In this document: positions 13,590 through 27,549 of the stretch, one piece after another
Numbering within the stretch: the first letter of the stretch is position 1
Layout: every line of letters starts with the position of its first letter
Assembly: GCF_963921235.1 (NCBI RefSeq)
Contig: NC_086108.1
Span: 15,872,001-15,936,000, forward strand
Length of the DNA stretch: 64,000 bases
Direction of reading: 5' to 3'
Origin: Mobula hypostoma
Lineage: Eukaryota
Made by a program: the position numbers and the translations under genes
The notes under the pieces: generated by a model
Told to the model about the DNA's origin: nothing
The model's input: only the letters and a program-made list of their open reading frames with translations
The model's database searches: none

Positions 13590-13950
13590 TGATGCCTAGA
13601 GCAGGACTACTATTCTGCCTAGTCCCATCGACCTGCACACGCACTATAGCCCTCCCATCCATGTAGCTCTCCGAACTTCTTTTAAATGCCAGAATCAAAC
13701 ACTCATCCAAGCTTGCACTGGCAGCTCATTCCACACTCTCACTGCCCTCTGAGTGAAGAAGTTTCCACTCATGTTCCCCTTAAACATTTCACCTTTCACT
13801 TTTAACCCATGACCTCTAGTTCTAGTGTCACCCACTCTCAATGGACAAAGTCTGTTTGCATTTACATTATCTATACCCCTCAATTTTGTACACCTCTATA
13901 AAATCTCCCCTTATTCTCCTACACTTCAGGGAATAAAGTCCCAACTACTT
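13590..13950 (-). mobile_element. CR1 3' end fragment
   Basis: ORF 13695..13883 TRTRGHGLKVKG..NFFTQRAVRVWNELP. Confidence 0.85.
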
Positions 13951-14889
13951 CAGATAATAAGCTACTCAAATCCTTTTATCTCAGAGTTTCAGCATTCAGT
14001 GTTTTGGCCCTCTTCTGGTTGCTAAGATTATTTCATCAACTTCGCAGATGTACCTTCTCAAGAGTCCACAGCCACATCACTTGTGTCACTCAGTCTCTCT
14101 TGGTCCCCATCCTTGTTTTTACTGTGATTCCCTCTGCCCTTCCCAACTATAGTTTCTACCTTTTTCCAATTCAGATGCTGCCTGGCTTGCTGGGCATCTC
14201 CAGCAACTTTTGTTTTTATTTCACATTTGCATCTGAATCATTCTGCTTTTGATTTACAATAAATATCAGTTTAGAAGGGAAATGAAGCTGAGCAACAAGT
14301 GAAAGGAAATGGCTCAGTTTCAGAGAAAAATACAACAGCCATGAATAATCTGTAAAGCAATCTTCACAACCTGTTATATTAGCATATTCTGAAGCTGGGC
14401 ATTTCAGTCTATCAAACCTCCTGTTCCCACTCTCCATGTACAATATAGTTTATGCTAGACTTCACTCACTTATTTAATCTCCTTCCATATCCCATGTAGT
14501 CTCTATCCAGTCATAGAGGTTAGCCACATGTCCTGCCACTCACTGGGAATGTCATTGTGTGTGTGGATGTCATTGATTTGATGTCCACACATAGCCCATT
14601 ACAAGGGGGTGTCAGCAGGGTAACCTCTAGGATAACAACAGAATTTAATGATGGCTGTTGTTGTGAATGGCCTGTCAAACCTTTCTAGTCAAGATCAGCT
14701 TTTAAGCTGGTGGCCTTGTCTTGACACTGTCATTATGAGAACCAATCACAATCAGTCATAAATTTGTCTTGTTTGATCCATACCAGTTTCCCAGGGGAGT
14801 GATCCCTGTCCCATTCCCCACTCCTTGTATCTTTTGCAGTTCATTCTCACCCACATGGTGTCAGCTTAACTTTTCTGATTCTGGTTGTT

Positions 14890-15060
14890 TACCACAAGGG
14901 GAAATGTTCAGCAGTCAGTCTGCACATCTTTGGGAAGTTGGGGGAAGCTGGAGCACCCATGGGAGCTGCACAGTCACAGAAAGAACATACAAATTCCACA
15001 CAAACAGCACCTGAGGTTGGGAGTGCACCCAAGCCACTGTGAGGTGGGAACTAACTGTGA
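14890..15060 (-). mobile_element. V-SINE-like fragment
   Basis: GGGGGAAGCTGGAGCACCC...AGAACATACAAATTCCACACA is the reverse complement of the V-domain seen in other copies. Confidence 0.6.
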
Positions 15061-16309
15061 ACCTTGATGGGTGTATTTATTTGATAGCAAATTAATGAAA
15101 ATATTTTTTTAATTTCACACTGTAGAATAGATCTCAACCCAAAGCACTTGACTATCAGTTTCCACCATAAAATCTGCCTGACACTCTGTGTTCTACCACA
15201 TGTACAGTATTTTGTGTTTGCACTGTACCCTGATGGATAAACGTATCAAACAGAATACAGCTAATTTTACAGCAATGGAACCTCAGATGCTGGGCAAGTA
15301 CAAGACAAGGCATGTGAAGGAAATACAGAGCAGGGGAATGGTGCTGAAATAAAGGATTAATCATGAGAAGTGAAATGGCCCATACTTGCTATTATTTTCT
15401 TTATAAGGTCTTTAAATGTCACTGAGTCACACTGATTTCTGCTGGAAGAGAACCATATCCATTCTTGACAGTTGCAACACTGTGGTTGTCAGTCTGTTAG
15501 CCAGCACTTGGCATACCTTCCATTCTGTTTCCAGAAGTGAGTGCAAAGTTCATCTCCAATGCTGCATCAAATCTGCAGGAAGAACAGGCATGACTTTAGC
15601 TCAGAGGCCTCAGTGGCCCATGGGACTGAACACAATGACAGTGCCCGGTGGCAGCCCGCATGGGGTAAATCAGGCTGCAGTGATTGAGCTGTGATTTCCT
15701 GTACTTGCAGAGGTGTTTTACTAAGCAACACCTTACCAGAGTGTGTCCTGCACAAAATGCTTTGTTGAACCATAACTTAAACCTGGCTGCCAGTGTTAAG
15801 TGGGAGCAGGACAGACAAGGTGAGGGAAAGGGACGAGGCAGCTGAAAGGTGCAACGGATGGAGACAGGTTTGGAAATGGGAGTGGTGAGAGAACAAAATG
15901 GAAGAGTCAACCCAAAGAGACCTAAGCCATTTTAATGGAAAGATGGGATTACAGAGCCTGAGATGGGTGAAGCAGTTGGGGAATTTGAAGCAGCTGGAAA
16001 TACCATTCCAATTCTGTTCCCTGCTGGCACAGACTTACTTTGCAAGTCAGTTGTCAGCACCATCCAGTGGCCCTTACTTATTACTGCGAGCCGATTCAAA
16101 CTTTATTAACACATCTTCCAAATCCAACATGGAGCTATTGGCACTTACCAGTTTGTTTCCTCAGAATTTCATCACTGCCCACCTCTATTGCAGAGTACTG
16201 TGTTTTGGATTTCCTGGATGCCAGTGATAGAGAAAGACTAAGCTCTCAGCACTCCAGTGCTACATGTGACCCACCCATTATGGACAGGGAAATGACAGGT
16301 GGAATTAAT

Positions 16310-17130
16310 CCAGCCAGTGTAAAGTGTTACACTTTGGGAGATCAAGTGTAAAAGGACAGTACACTGTTAATCACAGGACCTTTAACAGTGTTGACATACG
16401 GAGGTATGGTATCTTGTGGTTAAGGTCCATTGCTCCCTGAATGTGACTTCACAAGTTAATAGAGTGGTAAAGAAGGCCTATTAGTAGGCAAACCTTTATT
16501 AGTCAAGTCATTGAGTTCAAGAGTAAGGATGTAATGTCGAAGTTTTGTAAAACTCTGGTTAGGCTAGAACACAAAACTCTGTGGAGTAATGCATTCAATT
16601 CCCATCCTACCCTTATAGGAAGGATTTGGAGAGGGCACAGAAGAGTTTACCAGGATGTTGCCCAGATTAGAGGGCATGTGCTATAAAGAGAGGCTGGACA
16701 AACTTCGGTTGTTTTCTCTGGAGCAGTGGAGGTTGAGGGGAGACTTATAGAAGTTTATAAGATTATTAGAAGCATAGGTAGAGTAGACAGGTGGTATCTT
16801 TTTGCTTGGGTCGAAATATCTATAACCATATAACCATATAGATATATAATCTAATACTAAAAGGACATACATTTAGTGTGAGGGGGTAAATTCAAAGGAG
16901 AATAAGGGGGAAATTTTTCACAAAAAGAGTGGTAGTTACCTAGAATGTACTGCCAGAAGTGATAGTGGAGGCAAATATGATAGAGGCGTTTAAGGGCCTC
17001 TTAGATAGGCACATGAAATGTAGAGAATGGAGAGATCAGTTTAGTTAGGCATTTAATTACTAGTTGAATTAGTTCTGTGCAATATCATGGACTAAAGGGC
17101 CTGATCCTGTGCTGGACTATTCTGTGTTCT
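16310..17130 (+). mobile_element. Degenerate CR1 3' fragment
   Basis: AGAGTTTACCAGGATGTTGCC...TTGAGGGGAGACTTATAGAAG and 3' UTR AAGGGCCTGATCCTGTGCTG. Confidence 0.8.
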
Positions 17131-19137
17131 GTTACCAGCTATGCTGCTGGATGGTGCTTGCAACATCTACATCCTCAGCTAACTTTCCAAAACCACCCCT
17201 CCCCCCCCCCCCCCCCCATCAATGCTGGCTGCAACAATCTGCAGCACAACTGAAGAAATAGGAGCCAACAAGCAACTATTTTCATTTAGGTTTGGCAGGT
17301 CCTAGGGAACAGTGCAAGTCCCAGTTCATAGGGAATTCAATGTGCTGTCTTCTCAAGAGATGTAAAACAAAGGAGTATTCATCATGAGGCTTAGGGTCAG
17401 ACAGCAAGAGGCAGGCAATGATTCCACCATCATTGGTGCTGCTGTTAACTTGAGCAGCTCACCAGTCAGTGAAAGACCTCCCTGAGTGAAATAGGACTCC
17501 AGGATCTTGCTCAGAGAATCTACCTTGAAAAACTCTATGTTAATCAAAACTGAAAGCTACAATGTCTTCATACTGTGCTTTTCCAATAATAAAAACTTAA
17601 ACAAAAATAGGCCTTTGATGTGTTAACAGAAATGGTACCTACTGCATCTGGCTGAACATTACCTGTTTGTAAAATGTGCACAGAGTTCCTTGAAGAAATT
17701 AAGTTAATAGTCATCTGGAACAAAACATTGCAGAGAAATGCAAAAATAATGTGCCATAAAGCTTTGTCAGTGCAGGGGTTCCCAATCTTTTTTATGCCAT
17801 GAACCCTTACCAGTAAGCAAGAGGTCCAGCTGTGGCTCCAGTTCCTTAACATGGTTTCTAAGGAGCTGCAGCTCAGTGCACTTTGTGTAGATGTACTTAT
17901 CAGGGAGAATGGAAGTCTCCCAGAGTTCCCATATCTCACATAAAGAACATACCACTAACTCCAAACCCATTCTCAGTGCACTTGCTTTGTATTAACAGAC
18001 AAAAAAACTTACTAAGCACTTTCTTATTTACTTACTTAGAACCTCCGCCTGTGCTTGCCCGGGTCTGTTTTTGCCTGAGCCTATTGAGCCAAAGCCTGTA
18101 CATTCAAACGCTGGCCCACTCCCACAATGGCCACTCCACTTAGACCTCCTTTCATTTTATTGACCCTACACTGATTGCAGCCTGCCATTAAGAGACAAAA
18201 GCACCAGAGCTCTTTTTAAACCTCGCGTTACATTACCAGTGAGTGACCTCTCGTGCTGATTTCAGCCCACCAACTGTATGAAATGATCTATCTGAATGGC
18301 CTGTAAACAAAGGCCTTTCACTGTATCTTGGTGCATGTGTCAACGATAAGCCACTTACAAATTAGCTCACCTCTGGTTCATGTTTGGACCAAGGCTGTAA
18401 TGAGTCTTGAAACCATGGTCTTGGCGAAACTGGGGATTAATAAGTAGATTTTTAGTGAGTGACTCCTATTTAATAGTACTGTGTACAATAACTTTCATCG
18501 CTTTGTAATGATTGAGAGCAGTTGAATTGGTTGCTAATTAGCTGGATTTTGTGGACAGGGCAATCGTCTTCATTGTTAATTGTGCTAACCTCTGCTACCC
18601 TAGACTGATTTATTTTGTGTTTGGTTGACCATGGTGAAAGCCCTTCTGTCATTTTATGGAGATATTGAATAAAAATAATGATTGCACTGAGGAGATCAAG
18701 CATTTAGTAAAGAATCTCATGAGAGGGTGTTTTTGAAAGCCTCAGTTCATGATTTGGAAAACTGAAGTTAAAATATCTTCATTAAAAGAAATCACTTCTA
18801 AAAATGCACATCAACTTTTGCAGTTGGATCAATTTAATTTTGTCTGTTCACGGATGACTCACATTCTGTTATAAACATACTGTTGTTATTTGGATGAAGT
18901 TGTGAAACAAAAAAAGGGCAAGATGTTGGAAATCTGAAATAAAAAACAAAAAACTCACTGGAACTTTTCCACAGTTCGGATGGCAGCTGTGGAGAGGGAA
19001 ATACAAGTTTCCTGTTGGTTACCTGAAAATCCAAAAGGTTATCACTGTTTCTCTGTCCAAAATTGCCACTTGTTTGACCTGCTGAGAATTTAGTTTTTAT
19101 TTCTTATTAAGTTAATTATGTTTTGTATCTTCAAATC

Positions 19138-19590
19138 ATGAAAACCATTCAGAAGAAAGAAACACAGAGCTGGGAGTTATGTGTCTTTTACTTTAAGCGA
19201 GGAGCGCACATATGATGTGGTGGCATGATGATGTATGCTATTAACATACTTTTACATATAGCCAGTAATGAAATAATGTAAACAAAGAACGCTTAATAAA
19301 ACAATATAATTACAAGATCACTCAAATATTATTGCAATCTTAAAATACACAACACTTCTCCCTGCTTAGCTATAAACTCCAACTCAATATAGAATGCATC
19401 CCAACTTGCATACCTATAATATTATATACATATAAATACAACCACTATATAGATATCCACAGCATAGTAAATTTTAAATGGTCTCATTTGGGACTAAAGA
19501 TTTAATCACTTTGAAAGCTTTTTACTCTTGTGGGATAATGTCTTTCTTGACAAGGGGGATCATTTTGCTTGACAAGATGAGAACTTGTGA
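19138..19590 (-). mobile_element. 3' end fragment of a second Gypsy-like LTR element (pol tail, PPT, LTR)
   Basis: Minus strand: purine tract CTAAGCAGGGAGAAG directly followed by TGTTGTGTATTT (LTR start at 19354); upstream remnant ERHYPTRV-like pol tail. Confidence 0.55.
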
Positions 19591-20619
19591 TAAATCTTAA
19601 GGTAGGTCGGTGTTTATCAGAATTGGCAAATAATTCTCCACCCTATGAACATTACTAACTCTTTTCAGGTCTTTCACAAATACTGGGTATTGACCCACAG
19701 TTGCAATGATCCTTAATTATAAGTTAAGAAAGATTCAAACGCTAAGCAGACAAGATAGAATTTCAGTAATGGTATGTAAAGTGAAAGATAAAATGAGTCT
19801 GGAACTAATTTGAATGACTTTAATGTCGTGATCGATGGATGACTCAATTGAGCAAAGATTTTTTTCTGCCTCCCCTTTATTTTTCCAAGTGTTGGATCAC
19901 TACTTGCCTCCATATTTGTGTATTTCTATCCATGAAACAGTCTCTCCTTCCCTCCTTTTCTCTATCTCCACAGCTCCACTCTCTCTTCCTTCTCAGTGCT
20001 CTCCTTTCTTCCTCACTCTTTCTCTTTTTCTGTCCACGTCCCTCTCATAATCAGTACATCTACATCCAGAATCCTGCTTCCTTCACTGTGACTGTGCTCC
20101 TTTCCGCACAGTGACTCCTATTTCAGTGTGTCACCTTGTCTTACTGCCATTCACATATTTCATGTTTCTTGTATCGAGGAGGAGCCCATTCACCAGGCCT
20201 GTGCTGATTCTCAGAGCATTTCACAGAAACCTGTTTTTCCAGTACTATGTCTCCTTTCCCAGTCTGTCCCAATACCTTTGTTCAATGTCTCCTCTTTTTA
20301 TCACTATTTTTGTTTCTCTCTTTAATTGCCTTATAACTTCTGATCCTTTTCATGTCCTGTTTTGAAAGTTACTACAGTTGCCTATCTTGTTATTTTCTCT
20401 CTTACCTCCTCTCTGTATATCCCATATAACTGGTATTGAACACATTTCCCCATTATCCTCCAGACTTTGCTGCAGTGTTGTTTTGGCCTGTGTCTCCTTT
20501 GCACACACTCCCAAAGTAGCTGCCTCCTGTGTGCAGATCCACTGGGGCATAATGTGGTCAGATGCACTGTCCCAGTGACTGTGTTTGTCCTTTTTATAGC
20601 CACTCCCATTCATGAATAA

Positions 20620-21360
20620 ACTCTTCTCAGACATCCAGCTAGGTACAGGAATCGATTATAACCAGCGTTTCAATGACATTCTTCATTCGGGATGATGCCT
20701 GGGCATGTCTAGTCCAATGGTAGACTGTCCCTCCTGATTGGTAGACCTCATCCAATCAGGTTTCTGCTCTCCCACCTTGTTTACCATCAAATTCCAGTTC
20801 TTACTGAGAGCAAGGCCTTCGTCTTTGTTAAAATACTTTTCCTCTAGTTTTATTTCAATGACTTCCTTTACCAGGCAGTCCAAAAGCCATTGGCACAACA
20901 CAGTAGTTTTGTGCCATCAAAGTTAATCCTATGGCCATTGCGAATACGGTGTTTTGCTACCACTGATTTCTCTGGGTAATCCAAATGGGTACACCTCCTT
21001 GGCTCCTTGATGTGGGTTTCCATGCACCCCTTCCCTTTTGGCTGATGTATGCTGCTCTGCATTCACAGAGAATTCTGTAAATGCCAGCCAACCTGAGTCC
21101 CAGGTCACCTTTGACCCGCAAAAGGCGAAGGCCTCACTCTTAAGTAAGAACTGGAATTCCACTGTGAACAAGGTGGGACAACAGAAACCTGATTAGATGA
21201 GGACTAACCATTCAGGAGGGACAAATGATGTGGGTATAAATACCACTAGACTAGACATGCCCAGGAATCATCGTAAAAGCAGGTTATAATCAATACCTGT
21301 ATCTGGCTGGAAGCCCAAGAAGAGTTTATTCATCATATATACACAGAAAGCACTAGATTC
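20620..21360. mobile_element. Penelope-like fragment with inverted duplicated 3' end
   Basis: Minus-strand GIY-YIG remnants (ETHIKEPRRC..PEKSVVAKH; LVKEVIEIKLEEKYFNKDEG); 21120-21350 is an inverted copy of about 20620-20825. Confidence 0.75.
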
Positions 21361-21418
21361 ATTTTCAATTCCTATTCATGTTTCTCTAATGCCATTCATC
21401 ACTTTCAGCCATTTTTAA

Positions 21419-21985
<567 letters not shown>

Positions 21986-22601
21986 TAGGGTGGAACACTT
22001 CCTTTCCTGTAACACCTTTCACAGAGTACCTTACTCTGGCGCGAACCACCATCATTGCTACAGGAATCATGGTGGCCAGACAGTGCACAGGAAGATTCCA
22101 TAAACTGTTGCATGATAAGTCCCAGATAATCCTTCGCTATAATTATAATGGTTGGGTGATGCATGTTGTTTGAAAGTCTCCCCTCAGTATGGAACACATC
22201 AACACCACTGCAGAGATGGATAGTCCCTCGCACTTCAGCACACAGAAACAGCCCTGTGCGTTGCCACTGTCCTTCAGTGCTCCACCAGCAGTGCCACTCT
22301 ACGTTGCGATTCACGTTTATTTCTCCTGTAGTCCGGAATGGTACTTTGGCCTTGCTCGCATTTATTGTCCATCCCCCACAGCCAATGGATGGACCAAGTC
22401 AAAAGTCCTCTGTGCTGGGATTGAGGTCTGGTAGACTGGAATGCACACCAGCCATAACCTTCCAACCCAGAGCTAAGACCTGCGTTCTCTGAGCCGAGCG
22501 CTGCAGTCTGAAGTAGGGGTATAGGGGTGGGAAGGAAGTGCAGGAGAGGGTTGGATGAAGCGCTGGGAATACCTGGACCTTCATCACTGACCCAGCCATG
22601 A

Positions 22602-23432
<831 letters not shown>

Positions 23433-23559
23433 CTGTCAGGCCTTGGGATTAAAATTGGGACCGCGACTGGTGAGGAAGTAATGGCCTGGGCTGTTCCTGA
23501 GTGAGGGTGGGAAACCCTGAGCCAGAGCTGTGGGAATGAGGCTTGTCTTAGTGTGGGAC

Positions 23560-24010
23560 TGAGCAGATGTGAGAGTGAGACCCTGGGCCACGGGTGTGGA
23601 TGGAAGAGTCAGGCTTGGGTGTGAGAGTGAGGCCTGGTCCAGGTGTGGGAGTGAGCCTCTAGAAGAGAACGTGGGTGTGAGAGTGAGGCCTGGACAAGGT
23701 GTGGGAGTGAGACCCTAGAACAGGATGTGGGTGTGAGAGTGAGGCCTGGACAAGGTGTGGGAGTGAGCTTCTACAAGAGAACGTAGGTGTGAGAGTGAGA
23801 CCCTGGGCCAGGGATGTGGATGGAAGACCTAGGCCTAGGTGTGTGAGTGAGGCCAGGCTTAGCTGAGGGATTGAAGGCCTGGGCAAAAGCTGTGGGTGGA
23901 AGGGCCAGACCTGGGTGTGGGAGAGAGTCCCTGGGCCAGGGCTGTGGATGGGAAAGTCTGGCCCTGGTGTTGGAAGGAGACCAGAGGACAGGACGTGGGT
24001 ATGGGAGTGA
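23560..24010. repeat. Degenerate G/T-rich minisatellite, 56-bp period in the core
   Basis: GGGTGTGAGAGTGAGGCCTGG recurs at 23617, 23673 and 23729. Confidence 0.8.
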
Positions 24011-24073
24011 GGCACTGACCAAACCTCAGAGGATGATGTAGGTTTGTACTTCTCTCTGGATTTTCCATTACAG

Positions 24074-24157
24074 ATCAAGGAGGTTTTCCGCAGAGAGTTG
24101 GAGAAAGCGGAGTCGGAGGTGAAGAAGACGAGTGCTATAATTTCAGAGTACAAGCAG
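24074..24157 (+). CDS. RABGAP1L: RABGAP1L coding exon: IKEVFRRELEKAESEVKKTSAIISEYKQ
   Basis: cag/gtact boundaries, 84 bp, phase 0. Confidence 0.95.
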
Positions 24158-24407
24158 GTACTGACAGAAAGACACCATCGCCCGCAGACAGTTCAGACAC
24201 AGGGCCATTACCACTGGTGGCTGAGGGGCGGAGGTTACACTGATGGGGCTGAGGGTCGGGTAAGGTGGATGGTGACACAATCTCTCTATATTTTTGGGAC
24301 CATTAGCTATGAATCAGTCAGACTGAAGTTCCACTCCCTTCTTCTGGACCTTCTAAACCCTGTGGTTAGAGCAATAAAATAGGGTTGAAAGAGCTCCTCA
24401 TCCCTTG

Positions 24408-24745
24408 ACCCCATCTCCTCAGTGCAGACAGCTCCTTACCCCCAGACCCCGTCTCCTCAGTGCAGACAGCTCCTTTCACCCAGACCCCGTCTCCTCAGTG
24501 CAGGCAGCTCCTTTACCCCCAGACCTGTCACCTCAGTGCAGACAGCTCCTTTACCCCCAGACCTGTCACCTCAGTGCAGACAGCTCCTTTACCCCCAGAC
24601 CTGTCACCTCAGTGCAGACAGCTCCTTTACCCCAGACCCTGTCTCCTCAGTGCAGACAGCCCCTTTACCCCAGCCCTGTCTCCTCAGTGCAGACAGCTCC
24701 TTTCCCCCAGATCCCGTCTCCTCGGTGCAGACAGCTCTTGTCCCC
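24408..24745. repeat. 38-bp minisatellite, about 9 copies
   Basis: Unit CCTCAGTGCAGACAGCTCCTTTACCCCCAGACCTGTCA at 24493, 24531, 24569 and further copies. Confidence 0.95.
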
Positions 24746-25022
24746 ACTGTCTGGGAGAAGAAATTTCTATCCACCTCAGATTTAACTGACTGGCCCCCTT
24801 ATTTTGTTACTGTGATATCTTTTGTTCGTGGCTCTGTTGCTGGTAACCTCATCTCAACATCTACACTGCCAGCCTCCCTTAGGTTCTCATATGATTGGTT
24901 GAGATGGCCCTTCATTTATCTAAGCTCTACGGTCCAGACTCGATGTGGTTTTACTCTTTTGCCTCCCCTTCTCCCTCCATGGCCTCTGTCTTCCGTTTGT
25001 TGTGTAACAGGACCAACACTGA

Positions 25023-25235
<213 letters not shown>

Positions 25236-26410
25236 TAGACTCAGCTCCTTGCCTTGACAACCCTGCTACCGTCTCAACAGGAGTCTGAGCCTGGTAACAC
25301 TGGTTGGGTACAGCCGCAGGGGTTCCGAGGCTTCCCCAGAAACAATAAAAGTCTGTTGTGACTGTTAACGAAAGCACCAGAGAGAATAAATCCTTTATTT
25401 GGCACACACAAGCTGACAGCATTTGGAATCACTTTGGAGAGAGGTTCCCTGACCCAACGTTACATCACATTTTTATATGCTAAAGTTCAGGGTAACATCA
25501 AGCCAAATTCTATAGTTACAATGCATTCATTATACCCGTACCAGCCAGTGATACAGCCAGTCAAGATGCTCTCAATGGTACCCCTATAGAAGGTCTTGAG
25601 GATTTGGGGGCTAATGCTGAACTACTTCAGTCACCAGAGGTGGAAGAGATGCTATTGTGCTTTTTTCGTCACACAGCCGGTGTGGTCAGTCCAGGTGAAA
25701 TGCAATATATGTCTGATTTTGCAAAGTGCAAGAACTTCCACAGGTGGGCTTCAGCTGCAACTGTTCTTACCCCCTGTTTAAAGAGTTGTTAGCACAGAAA
25801 CAGGCCCTTCAGCCCACTACATGCTACTGATCATTACTAACCCCATTTACTTAGGTTAGGTCCATAGCCTTCAATGCCTTGGCAATTCACATGTGTGTGA
25901 CGATTCTCCTTAAATGTTGTAAATGTCTCTGTCTGTGCAACCTTCTCTAGGTGTGTGTTCCAGATTGCAACCACCTTCTAGTGAAAACACTTCTCCGCAG
26001 ATCCTCTCTGTTGGATTCAGGTGTAGAATTGTTATTTTTCTAGCATTTTCCTTGTAGTTTAACTTTTCCATGCTTACTTATAATTTTTATATGATCACCT
26101 ATATACATGTAATTGTTTAGTAAATTTCCCAATAATTGTTGTATAGCTGATTCTGTGTTTTTCTAGAATCTTCTCAGTTCTTTGTGCAGCAGGTGTCATG
26201 TCATTTGAATCTGGCTAGTTAATAGATTAATTGTTATCACTGGAATGTGCTGTTATCTACAGTCTGAGTATGAAATGACCATGATTTCTCTTCTTTGTTT
26301 TTGTTACACTTGATAAAACACAACCACCTGGTTTTATGCCTCATTCTTTACTTCCGAAGAACCTCAGAATCAATATCAGCAGATTCAACATCTCTAAACC
26401 TCCAACTGCT

Positions 26411-26680
26411 TGGTGCAGTAGTGTAGTGGTTAGCACAATACTTCACAGTACCAGCAACCCGGGTTCAATTCCCACTGCTGCTTATAAGGAGTTGTACCTT
26501 CTCCCAGTGACTGTATAGGTTTCCTCCAGATGCTCCAGTTTCCTCCCACAGTTCAAAGATGTACCAGTTGGTAGGTTGTTGTAAGCTGTCCCATGATTAG
26601 GCTAGGGTTAAATTGGGTGTTGCTGGGCAACGCAGCTTGAAGGCCCAGAAGAGCTTATATCTCAATAAATAAATAAACAA
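26411..26680 (+). mobile_element. tRNA-derived V-SINE/HE1-like SINE
   Basis: A-box TAGTGTAGTGG, B-box GGTTCAATTCC, V-domain GTTTCCTCCAGATGCTCCAGTTTCCTCCCACA, (AAAT)n tail. Confidence 0.8.
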
Positions 26681-27099
26681 ACCTTGGTCTTAGACATTCC
26701 CATCCAAGAAAAATATTCTTACTATCTTTGTTTTGCTTTTGGTTCTAATCAGGTTCTTTTGTGCACTTTTCTTATAGAATTTATGTTTAGTTTATGTTTT
26801 TTCTTTTGAATGTTGTGTCTCTAAAGTTCAGTGCCTGTGTTACCACTGCAAGTTTTTCATTGCCTCTGTACATATATGCACTTGTGCATTTGACAATAAA
26901 CTCAGCTGAACATGACCCTACCTATCCCTCTTTTAATGTTGTTAGCTCTACAATTGCTGGTTCAACATAATTGTCTTCATGACTTTGTATACATTGTATT
27001 TTTGATCACCTTTTTCCTGAACTACATGTATGCACTATACTATTCAAATAAATCTTTACACAGAGACTGATAACTAATAAATAACAGCAGTGATTACAA

Positions 27100-27385
27100 G
27101 GGTAGTAGGGTGGAGACTTGTTCTACCAAAGGAGGGATAAAGCGCTCCTTCTCTCCGCTAGCCTGCAGGTCACTCTTGACCACCACCACCCCCCCCCCCC
27201 CCGCAAATCAGGATCATGTGAAGCCATGGGAGCAGGTGGCACATATCACAACTCCTGGTTATGCGACCACTAACGCTAGGCAAACAACCTCTGAAGAGTA
27301 TTGATAATGGCTGGGATCACCCATCTTGTAAAGACACTGCCCAGAAGAAGGCAATGACAAACCACCTCTGAAGAAAAATTTGTCG
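27100..27385 (+). mobile_element. Short RTE/BovB-related non-autonomous element
   Basis: 3' motif GAAGAAGGCAATGACAAACCAC resembles RTE/BovB-type tails. Confidence 0.5.
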
Positions 27386-27549
27386 GACCTCTTTCTCTTT
27401 GTTCCTACCACTTCTGAAGTCACAAAACTGTCTCCTTTGACTGTATGAGGCTTTCAGTTCAGACATGACTGTGTACAGCTTCTCTGGTCATGTCATGTTC
27501 TGCTCTGTTGTGTCGGGTTGACAATAAATTAACAACAACTGTAACATCC

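Noticed and set aside
26411..26480. tRNA gene
   Set aside because: A/B boxes run into a V-SINE body and tail, with no complete cloverleaf.
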